Assembly (NCBI GenBank): GCA_041736305.1
Contig: JBGSTX010000362.1
Span: forward strand, 1 to 23,901
Direction: 5' to 3'
DNA from: Oligoflexus sp.
Lineage (GTDB): Bacteria; Bdellovibrionota_B; Oligoflexia; Oligoflexales; Oligoflexaceae
Length of the DNA stretch: 23,901 bases
Shown here: one piece after another, positions 7,145 through 15,338 of the stretch
Layout: each line of letters opens with the position of its first letter
Position numbering within the stretch: the first letter of the stretch is position 1
Made by a program: the position numbers and the translations under genes
Notes under the pieces: model-generated
Told to the model about the DNA's origin: nothing
The model's input: only the letters and a program-made list of their open reading frames with translations
Database searches by the model: none

Positions 7145-8170
7145 TTATGGCGGCGTTACGCCCAATGCTCCAAAAAAGCTTTCTGCCTTGAGCAGAGCTC
7201 CACGAGCAACAATTCGACTTTGATAGCGGTAGCGATCAAAAATCGTAATGCGCAGATTGTCGAGGTTGATCCCAGTTTCGTGCAAGAGAGTGATGGCCTG
7301 CCACCATTCACGAGGTCCCGAAAGATAGTGTCCACTTTCGAACTTCAGATGAGTGACCCGACCTTCGCGAGCTTGCAAAACTCCTGCTGCCAGCACCGGC
7401 TGGCCTCGGGTGTAGCTTGCGTGGCAGAGATGAGGTTCCGCCCGGCTGACAAAGAGTTTTTTCTCCAGGTCGATCACAAAGAGGAAGTGCTGCCGCTCCG
7501 GGCAGCTGAGCGGTCTACCGCTGGCCTTCACCAAAAGTCCCCCTTCGCTCCGGCATAGCAGCTCGTCGGCTTCATCCCTGCTCAGATAACGCACCCAGTG
7601 CTCGTGCTTAAAGCTAGAAAAATCTTCGAGCCAAAGTAAATAGTGGGGCTTATCTGGATTAGGCAGGCCCTCCCAGACTTTGTAAAAGCCGGGAAGCTGC
7701 CGGTGCGAGGGATCCAGACACTCCATTGTATAGTTTCCCCAGAAAACGCCGCGCTCGGGGAAGAGGTACCTCTCACGGGTAAGCGTCAAAGCTTGCCAAG
7801 GGCTAGGCGCCGCAAGATTGAGATAGCTTTGAATTTGCTCGGGCTGATCCCAGGCCTCACTAAAAATCTGACGAAGACTAGCTAGATAAATAGCCTTAGC
7901 CTCAGCCAGGCGGGCGAGCCAGAGCAAGCAGTCCATGAGACTGATTTCAAGCTCCTGCATCCGCAAAAAGTCCCGGATGCCGGCTAGCTTTTCGCTGCGA
8001 TCGGACAGATAAGCAGAGACGCTTTTGGGCAAGCGATGATAATCCTTGAGACGAACTGTCAGCTCTTCGCGAAGGGGTGCAGCTAGATATGGCAGTGCTT
8101 GAATCTCAGAGGCAGCCGGCAGGTCGACCCAGGCCGTGTCAGGGGGTCCAACGAAATCCCAAGTTTTCAA
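7145..8170 (-). CDS. Hypothetical protein with a plant/fungal IQM-family-like C-terminal core (DPxHR / HxS / AAG / SGHY)
   Basis: Motifs ECLDPSHR, FYKVW, HYLLWLE, VRYLS, GLLVKASG, FLFVID, HASYTRGQPVLAAGVL, ESGHY and GINL occur in order. The start is reassigned to TTG 8170 (SD GGGGAG upstream), which removes the overlap with the divergent GNAT gene. Confidence 0.75.
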   Translation of the reverse strand: MKTWDFVGPPDTAWVDLPAASEIQALPYLAAPLREELTVRLKDYHRLPKSVSAYLSDRSEKLAGIRDFLRMQELEISLMDCLLWLARLAEAKAIYLASLRQIFSEAWDQPEQIQSYLNLAAPSPWQALTLTRERYLFPERGVFWGNYTMECLDPSHRQLPGFYKVWEGLPNPDKPHYLLWLEDFSSFKHEHWVRYLSRDEADELLCRSEGGLLVKASGRPLSCPERQHFLFVIDLEKKLFVSRAEPHLCHASYTRGQPVLAAGVLQAREGRVTHLKFESGHYLSGPREWWQAITLLHETGINLDNLRITIFDRYRYQSRIVARGALLKAESFFGALGVTPP

Positions 8171-8234
8171 TTTCTCTCCCCTTGCCCTGCAAGCCCCAGC
8201 GCTTGAGAGGCCTATATTACGAAAGGAGCCGACG

Positions 8235-8786
8235 ATGTCCAACGAAAGCGTCGTCATTAGAACTGCGCGGGTCATTCTCACTGGCCTGCAAGAAGAAGAT
8301 GCTCCTCGTCTCGCCTCATATCGCCAGCATCCTGAGGTAGCTCGCTATCAAAGCTGGGAAAGCTACTCTGAACCTGAGGCTAGAGAATTGATCGCCAGCA
8401 TGCAGAAGTCAGATCCTTGGTCCCTCGATTCCTGGTATCAGTTTGGCCTTCGACTGGCAGAGGATGGATGTCTCATCGGTGATATCGGTATTCGCAGAAA
8501 GCAGAACGGCCCGTCCTATGATGCAGAAGTGGGCTATTCACTCGATCCCACCTATCAAAAGCAAGGCTATATGCGCGAGGCTTTGCTAGCTATTCTGTCC
8601 TGGGCTGCGAGACAGCTTCATATCAGGCGCTTTACAGCGAGTCTCGATCCCCGCAACGTGGCGTCCGCCCGCCTCCTCATAGCTCTAGGATTCCGGCTGG
8701 AAGCCAGTTATCGACAGAGCCAATGGTTTAAGGGGGCGTGGGCGGATGACGATGTCTACGTTTTGCTGGAGGAAGAGATCAGATGA
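8235..8786 (+). CDS. GNAT family N-acetyltransferase (RimJ/RimL type)
   Basis: SD AAGGAG before ATG 8235; motifs IRTARVIL, LIGDIG, EVGYSLDPTYQKQGYMREAL (acetyl-CoA motif A) and NVASARLLIALGF. Confidence 0.9.
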   Translation: MSNESVVIRTARVILTGLQEEDAPRLASYRQHPEVARYQSWESYSEPEARELIASMQKSDPWSLDSWYQFGLRLAEDGCLIGDIGIRRKQNGPSYDAEVGYSLDPTYQKQGYMREALLAILSWAARQLHIRRFTASLDPRNVASARLLIALGFRLEASYRQSQWFKGAWADDDVYVLLEEEIR

Positions 8787-8997
8787 GTTCGACGCCGGCT
8801 AGACTAGAGGTATGGACTGTGTTGCATCCACAGCTGCGACGGCCGGCAGATTGAAAAAAGCCTCCGCAGTTGAGACAGTTGCGAACCTTGATGTCTATGG
8901 GACTGAGGCCCATGAGGCGGCGGGCCTTGTTCTGCTGCTCAATTTCTTTGATGACAGCGGCGGGAAGCAACTTGACCTTTTGTACTTTTTCTTCCAT
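8779..8997 (-). CDS. Small Cys-rich (zinc-ribbon-like) hypothetical protein
   Basis: SD AAGGGAG; RNCLNCGGFFQS...RSCGC (CxxC-x11-CxC); 72 aa. Confidence 0.7.
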   Translation of the reverse strand: MEEKVQKVKLLPAAVIKEIEQQNKARRLMGLSPIDIKVRNCLNCGGFFQSAGRRSCGCNTVHTSSLAGVELI

Positions 8998-9056
8998 TCG
9001 GAACTCCCTTAATCAGTGACTGTCTTTGAAGAAGACAGATCACTTCTATCAAGGAA

Positions 9057-9083
9057 ATTTCGGCGGAGCTTGCCCGCGCTTGC
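9057..9083 (-). promoter_or_regulatory. Putative FliA/sigma-28 promoter (variant)
   Basis: Minus strand GCAA-gcgcgggcaagctcc (15 nt)-GCCGAAAT, 59 nt upstream of ATG 8997. Confidence 0.45.
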
Positions 9084-9090
9084 CTCGGTT

Positions 9091-9474
9091 TTAAGAGGAG
9101 AACTGACTGCGAAAAGCAGCCAGAGCAAGCAGGGACCAGCCGACAATGAAAGCGAGACCGCCGATAGGAGTAACTGCTCCCAGGATGCGCACGCCACTCA
9201 AGACCAGCGTGTAGAGGCTTCCGGAAAAGATCAAGATTCCCGCTACAAAGAGAAAACCCGCGGCCTTGATCAATCCCGATTCAATTTTAGCAGCAAAGAG
9301 CCCGAGCGCGATAAGAGCCAAAGCGTGATACATCTGATAACGAACGCCCACCTCGAAAATAGCGAGATCATCCGGGCTGAGCCGCATTTTCAGGGCATGG
9401 GCACCGAAAGCCCCAAGCCCAACGCCCAAAGCCGCAAACAGGGAACCAATGCCAACCCAATTCGTCCAGACCAT
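9091..9474 (-). CDS. DUF423 (YgdD/TMEM256 family) membrane protein
   Basis: Motifs GAFGAHAL, YQMYHAL, IFSGSLY and TPIGG; start ATG 9474 with SD GGGAG. Confidence 0.92.
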   Translation of the reverse strand: MVWTNWVGIGSLFAALGVGLGAFGAHALKMRLSPDDLAIFEVGVRYQMYHALALIALGLFAAKIESGLIKAAGFLFVAGILIFSGSLYTLVLSGVRILGAVTPIGGLAFIVGWSLLALAAFRSQFSS

Positions 9475-9510
9475 CCACGCTCTCCCGCTGTGCTCGTACC
9501 TGTTTTGCAA

Positions 9511-10548
9511 TTAAAGGTAGATCTTCGCCATTTCCGCTAAGGTAACTTGCCTAATCTTACGAGCCTGGCCCGCTTGACCGAACTGAACCATGCGTTCTTT
9601 ACAAACTTTCTTCATCGCTTCGCGACCTAAAGTATTGTAGTAGCGAGGATCAAACTCAGCTGGCTTCTCACCGAAAGCCTTACGAATCGCACCGGTAATA
9701 GCGAGTCGGTTGTCGGTATCGACATTGATCTTACGGACCCCATTGCGTATGCCTTCTTGAATTTCTTCAACCGGCACACCCCAAGTTTGCTTGATCGCAC
9801 CGCCGAATTCGTTGACGATGTCCTGCAGATCCTGCGGCACTGAAGATGAACCGTGCATCACGAGGTGGGTATTCGGTAAGCGACGGTGAATCTCACGGAC
9901 CCGGTCCATAGCCAAAATTTTTCCATCTGGCTTGCGGGTAAACTTGTAAGCGCCGTGGCTCGTACCTAACGCGATCGCAAGGGCATCGACTTTCGTAAGT
10001 TCTACAAAGCGAACCGCTTCATCTGGGTCTGTCACCAGCTGACTGTGATCGAGTTTACCTTCGAAGCCATGCCCATCTTCTTTTTCACCCATGCCGGTCT
10101 CTAGCGAACCGAGCACGCCAAGCTCTCCCTCAACTGAAACGCCAAAGGCATGAGCCACCTCGACGACTTTGCGAGTGATGCGCACGTTATATTCAAAGTC
10201 TGCGGGTGTTTTAGCATCTTCTTTGAGCGAGCCATCCATCATCACTGAGGTAAAGCCATGACGAATAGCGGAAAAACAGGTCTCAGGGCCATTGCCGTGG
10301 TCCTGGTGCATAACGATGGGAATTTCAGGATAGAGTTCGACGGCAGCTCGCATAAGGTTCACGAGATATAGATCCTGCGCATACTTGCGTGCACCCCTTG
10401 ACGCCTGGATAATGACGGGGCTATCCGTCTCGCGGGCTGCTTCCATAATGGCCTGAATCTGTTCCATATTGTTGACATTGAAAGCCGCAACACCAAAATT
10501 GTTGGCCGCCGCGTGATCGAGCAGGGCTCGCAGAGGAATAAGGGCCAT
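9511..10548 (-). CDS. fba: Class II fructose-bisphosphate aldolase
   Basis: Motifs [42 protein letters not shown] and KINVDTD. Confidence 0.97.
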   Translation of the reverse strand: MALIPLRALLDHAAANNFGVAAFNVNNMEQIQAIMEAARETDSPVIIQASRGARKYAQDLYLVNLMRAAVELYPEIPIVMHQDHGNGPETCFSAIRHGFTSVMMDGSLKEDAKTPADFEYNVRITRKVVEVAHAFGVSVEGELGVLGSLETGMGEKEDGHGFEGKLDHSQLVTDPDEAVRFVELTKVDALAIALGTSHGAYKFTRKPDGKILAMDRVREIHRRLPNTHLVMHGSSSVPQDLQDIVNEFGGAIKQTWGVPVEEIQEGIRNGVRKINVDTDNRLAITGAIRKAFGEKPAEFDPRYYNTLGREAMKKVCKERMVQFGQAGQARKIRQVTLAEMAKIYL

Positions 10549-10594
10549 GTTGAGATCTCCTTAAGCTGATGAGGCATCGATACCGCCCTTGGCA

Positions 10595-10623
10595 GGTATA
10601 CCGAGACGCTGCGAAAAGCTCAA
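10595..10623 (-). promoter_or_regulatory. Possible sigma-70 promoter of fba
   Basis: Minus strand TTGAGC-N17-TATACC. Confidence 0.35.
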
Positions 10624-10660
10624 GGAAGGGCTGGCCCGGGAATTTGGCTTATTTGAGCCA

Positions 10661-10695
10661 AATTAAAACGGCCATCCCTTGGAAAGAGGCGGCCG
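10661..10695 (-). terminator. Terminator after the pilin gene
   Basis: On the minus strand, the imperfect stem CGGCCGCCTCTTTCCAAGGGATGGCCG is followed by TTTTAATT. Confidence 0.6.
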
Positions 10696-10715
10696 ATTCT
10701 TTAACAGTTAAAATA

Positions 10716-11240
10716 TTAGAGAGCGCAAGCGGTACCGACTACTGGTTCAACGGTTAGGTTCGCTTGATCGACAGTAAAAGTATGAGTTGGGTTACCTGGG
10801 CAAACGAGGTTGTTAGCCTGGTTTCCAGAAGTTGCCGTAGCGGTAAATGTGCTCGATGAAACAGAGGCAGCGGGTACTGTATACCCATATCGGGGTGTAG
10901 GTGATGCGTTATTTCCTGCATCGCAAGGATCAATTCTAAAGCCGAGTGCCCGTGCACCTGCGTCTAAATTTGTGCAGCTGCCTGCTGTCAGACCTCCATT
11001 GCCCAAACGACCAACAGTAGCCGTAATAGCTATGAATTCATTCTTGTCTAGCGCATAAGACTGCTCGAGAGTATAGAGATGAGACAGAATATTCTTAGCT
11101 TCGCCCATCTTCGCTTTTGCTTGGAACTGCTTAAAACGTGGAAGCGCTAAAGTCGCCAAAACACCGATGATACCGACAACAATCATGAGTTCTACTAAAC
11201 TAAAACCGCTTTCACTCTTGTTTGCCATAATTTTCTTCAT
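10716..11240 (-). CDS. pilA: Type IVa pilin (PilA-like)
   Basis: Class III signal peptide ...SESG|FSLVELMIVVGIIGVLATLALP with E5; FQAKAKMGEAK helix; four Cys in the globular head. Confidence 0.88.
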   Translation of the reverse strand: MKKIMANKSESGFSLVELMIVVGIIGVLATLALPRFKQFQAKAKMGEAKNILSHLYTLEQSYALDKNEFIAITATVGRLGNGGLTAGSCTNLDAGARALGFRIDPCDAGNNASPTPRYGYTVPAASVSSSTFTATATSGNQANNLVCPGNPTHTFTVDQANLTVEPVVGTACAL

Positions 11241-11295
11241 TGAACCTGACCTTTCAAAATTATCTTTAAGAACCCTCTCAGACCTTGCTCTCTTC

Positions 11296-11322
11296 TTTTC
11301 GGTCGAGAAGTGCCAGTCTTAA
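11296..11322 (-). promoter_or_regulatory. Putative FliA/sigma-28 promoter of the pilin gene
   Basis: Minus strand TTAA-gactggcacttctcg (15 nt)-ACCGAAAA, 55 nt upstream of ATG 11240. Confidence 0.55.
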
Positions 11323-11400
11323 GGACCTATTAATTAATCTGTCCCTGCCGTCCAAATCGGCAGTTTTTACAGTGAGTTAAAAAAGGCCAAAAAAAGCCCT

Positions 11401-13383
11401 TTAGATTTTCTTTGCAGGTGGCAGGAGAAGCTCGGCTGAAAGTATGGGGAATCTGCACCAGGAAGTCGGCTCGAGGCTGTAATCGTCGACGTGGAATCCA
11501 GGGGCGTATCGTTCACGTTTCCATTGATTCCGGCACCAGAGACGATAGAAGCGAGCGAGATAAGTCCGCAAGTCATCTTCACTAAAAGCGCCAAACTTTT
11601 GACGAAGGAGCCCGAGAATCGACTCTGGTTCCATTCTATCACGAATAAAAGCGGTTTCGATGGTAGCTAGCAAATCGTAGGGCATCAGATCGATTTCATC
11701 TTTTTGCCCGCTCCCGCTTGGACGCAGTTCAGCGGTCGGAGATTGCTGATTGACCAGAGAAAGCTCAGGAATTTTGCCAAGACCTAAGCTGCAGCTCTTC
11801 TCAGCCCAAACGAGCCAGGAGCGAAGATAGTGCTTATCAATGCCGGAAAGAGGAGCAAGACCGCCGGCCGTGTCGCCGTCCATAGTTGCATAACCGACCG
11901 CTACCTCGCTCCGATTGCTCGTGGCGAGGAGTAGAAAGCCTTTGAGGTTGGCAAGGAGCCAGATCATAGGAGCCCTGGCACGAGCTTGAATGTTCTGCAA
12001 TGCGATATCGTCGGCCTGCCAACTCAACGAACGACCCAGAATCTGCTCGGCACGTCCTCGGTAGGCCTGCACCATCTCCTCAACCGAGACCTCTTCATAG
12101 CTGGCATTGATAGCAGCTGCGAGACCTGCGGCGGCGGCTCGTGTAATTTGTCCGCTTTGTGCCGTGGCCTGATAGAGCGTAAAGATCCGCTCCTTTATCC
12201 AGACCCTCGGATTGTTTGCGTCGCCTTCTGGGAGAGTCCAGCCCATGCGTGCGGCTAGCGGGTCGGGTCCAAGCTCGTGGAGAGCCTCAGCTAAGGTGTG
12301 GGCGCAGAGCACAGCAATCGCGCTCGAGTCGCAGCCGCCACTCAGCGAGATCATGTAGCCTTGGCCACCGGACTTCCGTAAATAATCGAAGAGACCAAGC
12401 TTCTCGGCTTGCAAGAATTCAACAGCCTTATCCTGATAGGCGTCATGCGTGACACCGCGAAAAGCCTGGCTTACTTGTGGTGACGTTGGACCGAGCTTTT
12501 TGAAAGCCTGACCTGCAACGCTAAATTCTTTTTCACGGTCGGCGCTACTATCAAGAACGGAGCGATTTTTTAGTTTCGCCACACGTGCCAGATCGAGATC
12601 CACATCGCTGATCAAAAGGCTGCCGTCGTGTAGCCGAAATCGCTCACTGCGACTTTGAATAGGTCCACAAGCACCGAGGAGTATTTCTCCATCATAGATC
12701 TGACGACCGGCTTCGAGACCTAAGAGGTTCGTATAGAGATAGTAAGCTTGAAAAGAGCGGCTCGCATCGGCCACCAGAGTCTCTCTGACCTTAGCCTTGC
12801 CAAAGGCAAAATGAGAAGCACTGAGATTGACCACCACCTCACAGCGTGCAAGAGCTGCATCCGCGGCCGAGCCCTCAGCAGACCAAGCTTCTTCACAGAT
12901 CACGACACCGAGTTGAACGTTCCCTAGCTCATAGGTCAAATCACCAAAAGCTACGTCTTGGCCGAGGATATGGATCGTTTCAGTCCGACCGAAGGGCCAA
13001 GGTCGAAACCACCGTGGCTCATAGTGTACGCCTTCTCGCGGCAGGATTTTTTTGGCATTGATTCCAAGCAGCCGTCCGTCTTGAACTACGGCCGCGCAAT
13101 TGTACATGGACCCGCGGTGATAGATCGGCATTCCCACGATCAGCAGCATATCTTTAGCAGCTGCCATGAGGCGTTCGAGCGAAGCCAAGGCTTGGCGGGC
13201 CGTGTGCACGCTCATGAACATATCTTCGCAGTTGTAGCCACTAAGGGCTAACTCGGGGAAGCAAAGGAGCTGGACCTCTTCGCGTTTCGCTTCGGCAAGG
13301 AGTTTCAGCAGTCGCTGGAGGTTGCCCTCCCAATCGAGCGGGGTCTGATTGATACTGGCACCGGCGATACGCAATAGATCCAT
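11401..13383 (-). CDS. nadE: Glutamine-dependent NAD+ synthetase
   Basis: N-terminal nitrilase/glutaminase domain (CFPEL, K..LP..G..YEPRWF, ICEE) plus synthetase domain (SLSGGCDSS, QNIQARAR, SNRSE, GYATMDGD, PTAEL). Confidence 0.96.
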   Translation of the reverse strand: MDLLRIAGASINQTPLDWEGNLQRLLKLLAEAKREEVQLLCFPELALSGYNCEDMFMSVHTARQALASLERLMAAAKDMLLIVGMPIYHRGSMYNCAAVVQDGRLLGINAKKILPREGVHYEPRWFRPWPFGRTETIHILGQDVAFGDLTYELGNVQLGVVICEEAWSAEGSAADAALARCEVVVNLSASHFAFGKAKVRETLVADASRSFQAYYLYTNLLGLEAGRQIYDGEILLGACGPIQSRSERFRLHDGSLLISDVDLDLARVAKLKNRSVLDSSADREKEFSVAGQAFKKLGPTSPQVSQAFRGVTHDAYQDKAVEFLQAEKLGLFDYLRKSGGQGYMISLSGGCDSSAIAVLCAHTLAEALHELGPDPLAARMGWTLPEGDANNPRVWIKERIFTLYQATAQSGQITRAAAAGLAAAINASYEEVSVEEMVQAYRGRAEQILGRSLSWQADDIALQNIQARARAPMIWLLANLKGFLLLATSNRSEVAVGYATMDGDTAGGLAPLSGIDKHYLRSWLVWAEKSCSLGLGKIPELSLVNQQSPTAELRPSGSGQKDEIDLMPYDLLATIETAFIRDRMEPESILGLLRQKFGAFSEDDLRTYLARFYRLWCRNQWKRERYAPGFHVDDYSLEPTSWCRFPILSAELLLPPAKKI

Positions 13384-13387
13384 CGGC

Positions 13388-15178
13388 TTACATCCTCTCA
13401 GGCGGAACTATTCCGAGGAGACTCAAACAGGTTTTTAAACCCGTGCGAAAAGCTTCGAGCAAAGCAAGACGCGCATTGCGCAGCTCTGGGGTCTCAGCCC
13501 GCAGGACTTGAATCTGGGCTAGAAGACGATTGTAGACCTTGCAGCTATCGAAAAGATGATGACAGAGAGTGCTAGGCCGATTGCTCTCGCAGCTTTGCTG
13601 AATCATCAGATTCAAGTCACTGAGGTAGCGGAGCAGTTCTCTTTCCTCAGGGGCCTTCAGAAGATGCAGATGATCCAAAGAAGCCTTGAATCCTTGCTCA
13701 GCCGCTTTCCTTAAAATCGACTGGGTTCGCGCATAGGCATACATGAGGTAGGGACCCGTATTGCCTTCGAAGCTCAACCAGTCCTTAAGGTCAAAGACGA
13801 TGTCTTTCCCCGGATCCGAGCAAATCATTCCGTAGCGAATCGCGCCGATTGACAAGCGCTGGCGGATATCCGCAATTTCCTCTTCAGACCATTCACCGCG
13901 ATATTTTTCCAGAAACTTATCGAGCTCAACTCCGAGACTCTCTCTGAGACGCTCGAAGGTGATGACATTTCCCTTGCGCGAGGACATCTTCCCATCCGGG
14001 AGTGTGACCATGCCGTAGCTCAGGTGGAAACAGTGGGCAGCTTGCGAAAAACCCATCTTTTCAAGGGTACGGAAGACCTGTTTAAAGTGGAGGTTTTGCT
14101 CCGAGGCTACCACATAGATCGATTTTTCGATCTGGAACTGACTGAATTTCACCCGTGCAAGTGCCAGGTCCTTGGTTGCATAGGTGGTGTTGCCATCTGA
14201 CTTACGGACGATTACGAAGCCTAGCTTTTCCTCTTTTAAATCAAGTCCGATCGCGCCATCCGACTCCACAAACACGCCGCGGTTCAGGAATTCGTCGACT
14301 ATCTTCTGGCTCGCTTCGCTCACTTCCGATTCATAAAAAACTTCGTCGAAGCGGGCACCCATCCAGGCGTAGATTTCGTTGAAATCGGCGAGAGACCATT
14401 CGCGCGTCGTCCGCCAGAGATCGTAAGTCGAACCCTGCTTCGACTCGATAGCCCGCAGAATGCCGGAAATTTCTGCTTGATACGCCTTGAGCTCCTCCGG
14501 CTTGGCATCTTCGAGCAGGAGAGAGGCAGCGGCATACATATCGCCGAGCCAGGCGCCGCGATGTTCAGAAGGCTCCGTTTGCTTCGTCTTCTGCATATAC
14601 CAGAGGCATTTGGCAATATGCGCCCCTTCATCTCCGATATAGTTGGCGAGGATTACCGGGTAGCCAATGGCTTCATAAAGCCGACCGAGGGAGTCACCGA
14701 GCGCCACATTGCGAATGTGTCCGACGTGAAAAACCTTGTGCGTATTGGGCTGCGAATACTCGATCATCACCCGCGGCCGCGCTCCAGGCAGTTTTTTAAG
14801 TCGCTCGAAATAGCTACCGTCGCGCAGGCGTGGCAGGAGCTCTTGCGCCAGCTTTCCGGAATTAAGCTGAAAGTTGAGGAAAGGTCCGACTGCCTCCACT
14901 TTTTCTATCCAAGGTGAATGCATGCCTTCCAGAATTACCGCCAGTTCGGCAGCAATCTCCTGTGGCTTTCTCCGCAGAGCCTTGGCCAAACGGAAGCAGG
15001 GTAGGGCGAAGTCCCCGCGCTGAGACTCTGGGGGACGCTCAAACATGCTATAGAGACTGGCTGCATCCACCGCTCCTTCACTTCCCCCTGCCAGTTTTTC
15101 AGAGGCTTGAGCTAGGGCACTAGCCAAAGATGCTCGGCTGATATCTAATTGCTGATCTTCGTTAAAGCTTGCCGTCAT
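13388..15178 (-). CDS. argS: Arginine--tRNA ligase
   Basis: Motifs GDFALPCF, EYSQPN, HIGH-like HVGH, KMSKS-like KMSSR, GNTGPYLMYAYAR and C-terminal PERM. Confidence 0.97.
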   Translation of the reverse strand: MTASFNEDQQLDISRASLASALAQASEKLAGGSEGAVDAASLYSMFERPPESQRGDFALPCFRLAKALRRKPQEIAAELAVILEGMHSPWIEKVEAVGPFLNFQLNSGKLAQELLPRLRDGSYFERLKKLPGARPRVMIEYSQPNTHKVFHVGHIRNVALGDSLGRLYEAIGYPVILANYIGDEGAHIAKCLWYMQKTKQTEPSEHRGAWLGDMYAAASLLLEDAKPEELKAYQAEISGILRAIESKQGSTYDLWRTTREWSLADFNEIYAWMGARFDEVFYESEVSEASQKIVDEFLNRGVFVESDGAIGLDLKEEKLGFVIVRKSDGNTTYATKDLALARVKFSQFQIEKSIYVVASEQNLHFKQVFRTLEKMGFSQAAHCFHLSYGMVTLPDGKMSSRKGNVITFERLRESLGVELDKFLEKYRGEWSEEEIADIRQRLSIGAIRYGMICSDPGKDIVFDLKDWLSFEGNTGPYLMYAYARTQSILRKAAEQGFKASLDHLHLLKAPEERELLRYLSDLNLMIQQSCESNRPSTLCHHLFDSCKVYNRLLAQIQVLRAETPELRNARLALLEAFRTGLKTCLSLLGIVPPERM

Positions 15179-15338
15179 AGCTCAGCCTTTCTCCTGTCAA
15201 AAAAACGCGGTCGAACTCGAGTTCTGAGGCTAGCATAAAGCCTAATTCGATGTCACGAGCCTCGGGCAGATGTCGCTCTCTTTCCTTTTGCGAGCCAGGC
15301 AAGCTGCGCTCGTGCCTTGAGATGGGAAAGGAATATTG

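Noticed and set aside
8136-8281. Apparent head-to-head overlap of the 378-aa and 216-aa ORFs
   Set aside because: The overlap disappears when SD-supported starts are used (TTG 8170 minus, ATG 8235 plus).
9016-9540. 174-aa + strand ORF and other long antisense ORFs (e.g. 3400-3834, 7082-7558, 14477-14917, 20441-21010)
   Set aside because: Shadow frames opposite well-supported genes, with no motifs.
6965-15178. tRNA-Arg and argS in the same window
   Set aside because: They are more than 6 kb apart in separate transcription units; no evidence of functional linkage.
15302-15317. AGGCACG-N4-CAGCT sigma-54-like element upstream of argS
   Set aside because: Poor -12 match and an unlikely housekeeping target; GG-N10-GC alone is common.
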